Sequence record: MT446399.1
DNA length: 51,729 nucleotides
Strand: one strand, 5' to 3'
Source of the DNA: Escherichia virus TH25
The notes under the pieces are model-generated. The model saw nothing but the letters and a program-made list of their open reading frames with translations, had not been told where the DNA came from and made no database searches. The translations under genes and the position numbers were made by a program. Positions 47,309 through 51,729 of this stretch are shown here, piece by piece (positions within the stretch are counted from its first letter, which is position 1; each line of letters opens with the position of its first letter).

Positions 47309-47493
47309 TTTGCCTCTAGAATTTGATTTAAAGAGCTGAACACGATTTCTTCATGTTCATCAGGTGTACATGCGTTGATGTAGTCAAAGTCATAACCAAC
47401 AAACTTCTCCGCCCACTGTTGCAAACGAAGTAAAGAATTGAAGTACAAACGTTGCTCTACACCATTTAACTTAAAGTAGACGATGAAGTCCAT
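47305..47493 (-). CDS. Hypothetical protein
   Basis: 62-aa ORF. Confidence 0.3.
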   Translation of the reverse strand: MDFIVYFKLNGVEQRLYFNSLLRLQQWAEKFVGYDFDYINACTPDEHEEIVFSSLNQILEAK

Positions 47494-47495
47494 GA

Positions 47496-47732
47496 TTAAC
47501 CTCGTGCTTTAATGAAGTGAGGGTGAGTAGCCATTGCCACAATTTTGTTGTGCTTGTCATTTTGAATTGCAAGCCAAACATATTCAGGGTGTGCAGCAGG
47601 TTTCCATACCAGACTTCCTCTTTCTCCATAAATCATCGTGTCAGCCAACATCACTGCCTTAGTTTTAATATTAACCAAGGCATGAGAAACAACACCATCA
47701 CGATTGATATATTGATACAGTGCGTAATCCAT
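47496..47732 (-). CDS. Hypothetical protein
   Basis: Track ORF 47496..47792; ATG at 47732 directly follows upstream stop. Confidence 0.3.
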   Translation of the reverse strand: MDYALYQYINRDGVVSHALVNIKTKAVMLADTMIYGERGSLVWKPAAHPEYVWLAIQNDKHNKIVAMATHPHFIKARG

Positions 47733-47733
47733 T

Positions 47734-47982
47734 TCAGAATCCTTTAGTGTACCCAACAGTTTTGCGCAGAATGATTTCATCATTTGAATCATCTGGCTCT
47801 AATTCGATTTCAATATTGACAACAATATTGTCGCTAAAAGTACATGCCTTACTTGAATCAAAGAACTTTACAGCATTATACTTATCTGACTCATTTACTT
47901 TAATCCACTTCACAGAACGAACAGTAAAGATTTGTCCATCTTGCAGGTCTTTAAAGTAAGCCGCTTTAGTAACAGTATCCAT
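47734..47982 (-). CDS. Hypothetical protein (first gene after repeat region)
   Basis: 82-aa ORF. Confidence 0.35.
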   Translation of the reverse strand: MDTVTKAAYFKDLQDGQIFTVRSVKWIKVNESDKYNAVKFFDSSKACTFSDNIVVNIEIELEPDDSNDEIILRKTVGYTKGF

Positions 47983-48268
47983 TTTTATTCTCCTAAGTTA
48001 AAAGAAAACTCCCGTCATAACGATTGTGGAGGTCTTGTGTTACCTTAATCCACCTTAAAGAATCAGGGAGTTACATATTAGTCTGTGTGTGCTGCTCTCG
48101 GTTACTTCCTAGTATTGCGAAGCTCTTGCACTCCCGCAAACCACACCTTTTGCACAGTCTATATGTGACACATTAAGTGCCGAAAACTACAATGATTAGC
48201 TTGGAGACATAATCTCTCTAAAATCTGTCACACAATTTCAGCAGAATTTACAGAGATTTGGTCTTATT

Positions 48269-48283
48269 CACATGCAACTAATG
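48269..48283 (-). promoter_or_regulatory. Recurrent motif copy (+ strand CACATGCAACTAATG)
   Basis: Motif family member about 290 bp upstream of gene start at 47982. Confidence 0.3.
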
Positions 48284-49183
48284 ATAAATGGACATGCTTA
48301 ATTGCAACCAATTCATCTGCCAAATAGACGAATTTAGTCACAATCAAACATGCTCATTAATTACAGGTTTGCTCCTATCTTGGAATGTATTTGGCACATC
48401 AAGAAGTGGCGCAATAGGTACGGAAAACCGACCATGTACAGCATAATAAAACTAATTAAATAAAGGGTTTTATCCCAATATTGTCACAATATTTACATGC
48501 GATGATAAAGCCTTCGCTTGGCTGGAAGCCAGTATTCATGCGGGTTGCAAGAATATTGGGTGAATATTGATACATTTATTACATGCGAAATTGGCACAAA
48601 TACTGTTACAAAATTAACATGCCGGATTGGTAGACAATTGTATCTTCGAGGTGATTAGTCCTCTAACAATTCTGCCACATTCTAACATGCCAATTTGTAG
48701 CAATATTTACATGCCATACTGTAGCAATATTGCCACAATATTTGTTGCTCAAAATCGGGGCGGCTTCTGCGTGAAAACGAGAGGCTTTGCTCCGACTCTT
48801 CTCTTCTTTCGAATTCTGATTGAAAGAAAGAAGCATGTCCAAAAGTTCCAGTCTTGCCAAAGTTATCTCCCGGCTTGTGGGTGGGCCTTGATAATAGGAG
48901 ATGGAGCAATATTGAAACAAGTGAACATGCTTAGGTTTGCTGACTTTCTTGTAACTTAATCAAGATGGCTAACACGATGTTCTGTTGTTAGTTCAGCACC
49001 GGAAGAACAGTTTCGAATGATAATCCTACTTCACACATGGTTGCTGGAACTTTGTCCGGCCAAAGACAGGGAGTTCAATGATTGCCACATCATTACAACG
49101 CTGTGTGTTTAGTTGACATGCTGAAATGTTTCTAGAATGATTTCAACATGACATGCGGAAGATTTCTCCGTATTCTGTTACTT

Positions 49184-49198
49184 CACATCCAACTAATG
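49184..49198 (-). promoter_or_regulatory. Recurrent motif copy (+ strand CACATCCAACTAATG)
   Basis: Consensus copy at right edge of repeat region. Confidence 0.3.
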
Positions 49199-49249
49199 TC
49201 GAATATCGGGACAATATCACATGCAGCAATATTGTCCGAATATTGGGAA

Positions 49250-49408
49250 TCAGTGTAGGGTAGGCTTAACTACATCGTAAACTTTATCACCATCTGTGAT
49301 ACATGCTTCATCATAGTTATAGCCAACTGCAAAGTCTCTTGCTTCTTGCAGTGTTGCAAACATACGAATGATTTCAAATTCAGTACTAGAAAGAATTAAA
49401 GTAAACAT
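49250..49408 (-). CDS. Small hypothetical protein
   Basis: Track ORF to 49465; ATG at 49408 has GGAG 9 nt upstream and lies 30 bp downstream of a motif copy. Confidence 0.35.
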   Translation of the reverse strand: MFTLILSSTEFEIIRMFATLQEARDFAVGYNYDEACITDGDKVYDVVKPTLH

Positions 49409-49437
49409 TATAAAAGTCTCCAATTGGTTATTAGATT

Positions 49438-49452
49438 CACATGCAACTAATG
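49438..49452 (-). promoter_or_regulatory. Recurrent motif copy (+ strand CACATGCAACTAATG)
   Basis: 30 bp upstream of ATG 49408. Confidence 0.35.
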
Positions 49453-49472
49453 CCATCCTTGGCACATAGTTG

Positions 49473-51413
49473 TTACTGGCAGAAGTAGTAAGCGTGTTCG
49501 CTCATCAGAAGTTCTTCTGTTACGATGTTCTCATGGTACATGTTGATGCCACCAAGTTGCTTGGACAGAGATTCAAACTGATTATTGTGAACAAAGATTT
49601 CAACATAAGCAGAACGAATAACTTCCATCATTTTAGGAGCATCAGCTAAGCAGCAACGGAAACAATCGTGAATTGAAGTGAAACCACGAAGACCAGCTTC
49701 TTTAGCTTTGACTGCAACAGTACGAGCAACCAATGCGTCAATACCTTGAATGTAGTTAACAACGAAGGTACGCTTGAATTCTTCTTTAGTTGGATTGGAC
49801 TCACGAATGGTCCAAGGCTTATTCTCCTGAATCTGACCAAAGATGACACGAGTTTGAGAGTCAACACGAATGCTGAACGCATCACAAACATCACGAGATG
49901 GGAAGCAAGGCTTCATTACAACCTGACCATCAGTGTGCTTATAGGTGATGTACTCTTTGTTGAGTTCAACACAACGGTTGTATGCAGCATCAGCAGCTTT
50001 CTCGATGAACATGTTAATCTTAGCACCCAATGCATTATGGATTGCTTCTACACAAAGTTCAGCAAATGCTTCTGCTTTCTCCATAGGAATCTGGAGCGCT
50101 TCTGTCATGTATGCGATGAAGTCAGAAGAACCAGTTAATGCAGCTTTACCACCACCATATTGGATAGCCATGTATGGAGTTTTGATAAACTTACGACCAG
50201 CTTTCGGATTCAAGAATTCATCCATAATTTCAGCGGATGGTTTCATTGAAGAACGGTCAAGCAACTTCAACAGTTCACGAAGAGATAACTGGTATGGGTC
50301 AGATGCTTTAGTCTCAGAATCAACCAGACCTGTTGCACGAGCCATCTCCATGTTACCAGCAATGAATGCCAGATATTGAGTACCAGAACATTTAGCATCT
50401 AAGCCAAAGCCTACACGAGAATCACACTCACCTGTAGTCTCAAACTTGAACCAATCCAGAGCTAATCGAACATAAGTGAATGGCTTAGAAGGACGCTCAC
50501 CTTTAGGCATGTTCAGCATACGAGCCAAAGAACCAGCAGGATTCTGTGCAACATAAGTTAAACGTTTAGCAGAAGTCCAGTCTCCACCAGCAATATCTTC
50601 CAGCTCAAGCATGAACATGTTGTATGCCAGAGTTGTAGAACCATCAGCATTAAACTTGCTCACAGTGTTCTCAACATTGTGGGAATACAGGCAACGAGCA
50701 AAGTCAGATGATTGTGGGTTAGGACCAGCACACGCTACGTGATACAGACGACCACGGTTATCAGCAAAGTAGTCAGAGAACAGAGTGTCCTGACCAACCA
50801 TTGCTACAGCATTGTTCCAAACATGGAGTTCAGTCTGGATTGCTTCTGGCATCTGCAAGCCACCAAATGTACGTTGTTCTAACATGGAAGAGATAACCTT
50901 AACCATTGTTGCATCGACGTGATATTCAGTATCTTGCAGGAATTCGATTGCAGCTTTCAGAGTCTTGGATGGCTTAACTTTGCCACCTTTAACGAAAGGC
51001 TTGCGACGAGATTCAGTTGTTACCTTCTCAGTGAATGGAACTGAGGTATCTTTGGTTGTAACCAGTTCAACCCATGCGTCAGTCATCTGGAACGATTTGT
51101 CCTCGTTCATGGTGATGAAACCGAAGTGTTTAGCCAGACCAATCAGGTTGATAGCTGGGTCAACATAGTGCATTGATTTCAAGTCGTTGTTGTAACGGTT
51201 GGCATCAGCAATAGAAGCAGAAGCCAGTTCAACCATCGAGATAGCCGGAATAACGTCATCACGCGTGAAAGACGTCATCATCTTGAATATGGCTAAGGCA
51301 GCAATAGCACAAGTCTGGGGCTGCATATAGTTCTGCTTCTCTTTGGCACGATATACCAGAGCGGTGATAGCAGGAACAACAGATTTGATAGTTTGAGTAG
51401 TGATAGTAGTCAT
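49473..51413 (-). CDS. Single-subunit DNA-dependent RNA polymerase (T7-like, compact)
   Basis: Blocks matching T7 RNAP: DNRGRLYHV (DWRGRVYAV), LDAKCSGTQY (DGSCSGIQH, motif A), YMAIQYGGGK (MTLAYGSKE, motif B), TSIHDCF (LIHDSFG, motif C); ATG at 51413 has GGAG 9 nt upstream; 646 aa. Confidence 0.8.
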   Translation of the reverse strand: MTTITTQTIKSVVPAITALVYRAKEKQNYMQPQTCAIAALAIFKMMTSFTRDDVIPAISMVELASASIADANRYNNDLKSMHYVDPAINLIGLAKHFGFITMNEDKSFQMTDAWVELVTTKDTSVPFTEKVTTESRRKPFVKGGKVKPSKTLKAAIEFLQDTEYHVDATMVKVISSMLEQRTFGGLQMPEAIQTELHVWNNAVAMVGQDTLFSDYFADNRGRLYHVACAGPNPQSSDFARCLYSHNVENTVSKFNADGSTTLAYNMFMLELEDIAGGDWTSAKRLTYVAQNPAGSLARMLNMPKGERPSKPFTYVRLALDWFKFETTGECDSRVGFGLDAKCSGTQYLAFIAGNMEMARATGLVDSETKASDPYQLSLRELLKLLDRSSMKPSAEIMDEFLNPKAGRKFIKTPYMAIQYGGGKAALTGSSDFIAYMTEALQIPMEKAEAFAELCVEAIHNALGAKINMFIEKAADAAYNRCVELNKEYITYKHTDGQVVMKPCFPSRDVCDAFSIRVDSQTRVIFGQIQENKPWTIRESNPTKEEFKRTFVVNYIQGIDALVARTVAVKAKEAGLRGFTSIHDCFRCCLADAPKMMEVIRSAYVEIFVHNNQFESLSKQLGGINMYHENIVTEELLMSEHAYYFCQ

Positions 51414-51481
51414 TTGTAAGTCTCCAAGATTGTGTATGATTTGAATGAAACGGATTATAATAGCGTAGCCATTACACAATT

Positions 51482-51496
51482 CACGTCCAACTAATA
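51482..51496 (-). promoter_or_regulatory. Recurrent motif copy (+ strand CACGTCCAACTAATA)
   Basis: 69 bp upstream of RNAP ATG; a TATAAT hexamer (minus strand, 51454-51459) lies between motif and gene. Confidence 0.35.
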
Positions 51497-51729
51497 TCAC
51501 AAACCTGTGCCATTGTTAGCACAGCACGGAGACTTTGACCTTGACTCATAAGCGAAGCGCCTAACTTGGTGTTGTTTGAAAGCCGATAGGCTGTAGAAAA
51601 AGTTGGGGTAGGGACCGTATTTAAGTCCGATAGGACGTTGGGCTTCCCCTCCCCGCCACCTCAAAAATAAAAATAATATTGCCACAATTCTAGTCTCATT
51701 AATATTGAAACAATTTGAGTCTCATTAAT

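Larger units (their letters stand above)
48269..49249. repeat. Repeat-dense ORF-free region (ACATGC and CAATATTG short repeats)
   Basis: About 13 copies of ACATGC (often as TT(T/A)ACATGC(G/C)) and about 10 copies of (C)AATATT(G) within 1 kb; composite CAATATTTACATGC at 48487-48500 and 48711-48724. Confidence 0.55.

Noticed and set aside
48627-48959. 110-aa plus-strand and 75-85-aa minus-strand ORFs inside the repeat region
   Set aside because: No ribosome-binding sites, Cys/Asn-rich low-complexity translations that mirror the ACATGC/CAATATT repeats; the region looks regulatory, not coding
49473-51500. 675-aa ORF considered as the missing RNR large subunit (NrdA)
   Set aside because: Translation carries T7 RNAP motifs A, B and C and the DxRGR block; no NrdA active-site cysteine/asparagine motifs
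51497-51685. 62-aa minus-strand ORF upstream of the RNAP gene
   Set aside because: Overlaps the promoter-motif copy and G/C-rich leader; no start context
1-51729. Search for integrase, repressor/lysogeny module, CRISPR array, rRNA
   Set aside because: None recognisable in any translation or repeat pattern; the window looks like a virulent phage genome

Overview
The window reads as one co-directionally transcribed tailed-phage genome segment, possibly near-complete. All convincing genes are on the minus strand; plus-strand ORFs in the track are antisense shadows. Right to left: a compact T7-like single-subunit RNA polymerase (49473-51413); an early region of many small genes (41409-49408) including an SSB-like protein with an E. 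coli-type DFDDDIPF tip, a strongly acidic protein and an M15 peptidase; a replication/nucleotide module (26768-36373: ThyX, primase-helicase, family-A DNA polymerase, gp2.5-like SSB, 5'-3' exonuclease, HNH endonuclease, ATP-dependent ligase, P-loop kinase, dUTPase); packaging and head genes (terminase, portal, scaffold, a head protein that appears to gain an Ig-like domain by -1 frameshifting, major capsid); contractile-tail genes (sheath, tube, G/G-T chaperone with a TTTTTTC -1 frameshift site, a 1225-aa tape-measure-like protein, Mu/P2-like baseplate genes, three tail-fibre genes); then holin, a secreted SleB-type hydrolase and nrdB. No integrase, CRISPR array or rRNA was seen, so the phage is probably virulent. 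From memory only, the layout resembles small myoviruses that encode a T7-like RNAP. The most unusual features are a lambda-exonuclease/YqaJ-type nuclease domain embedded in the tape-measure-like protein, a conserved 15-bp motif recurring 10 times upstream of genes (candidate phage promoters), a repeat-dense ORF-free region at 48.27-49.25 kb, and a tRNA-like element at 37670-37765 next to a ~1-kb ORF-free stretch. All calls are from reading the sequence and translations; no database search or RNA-folding program was run.
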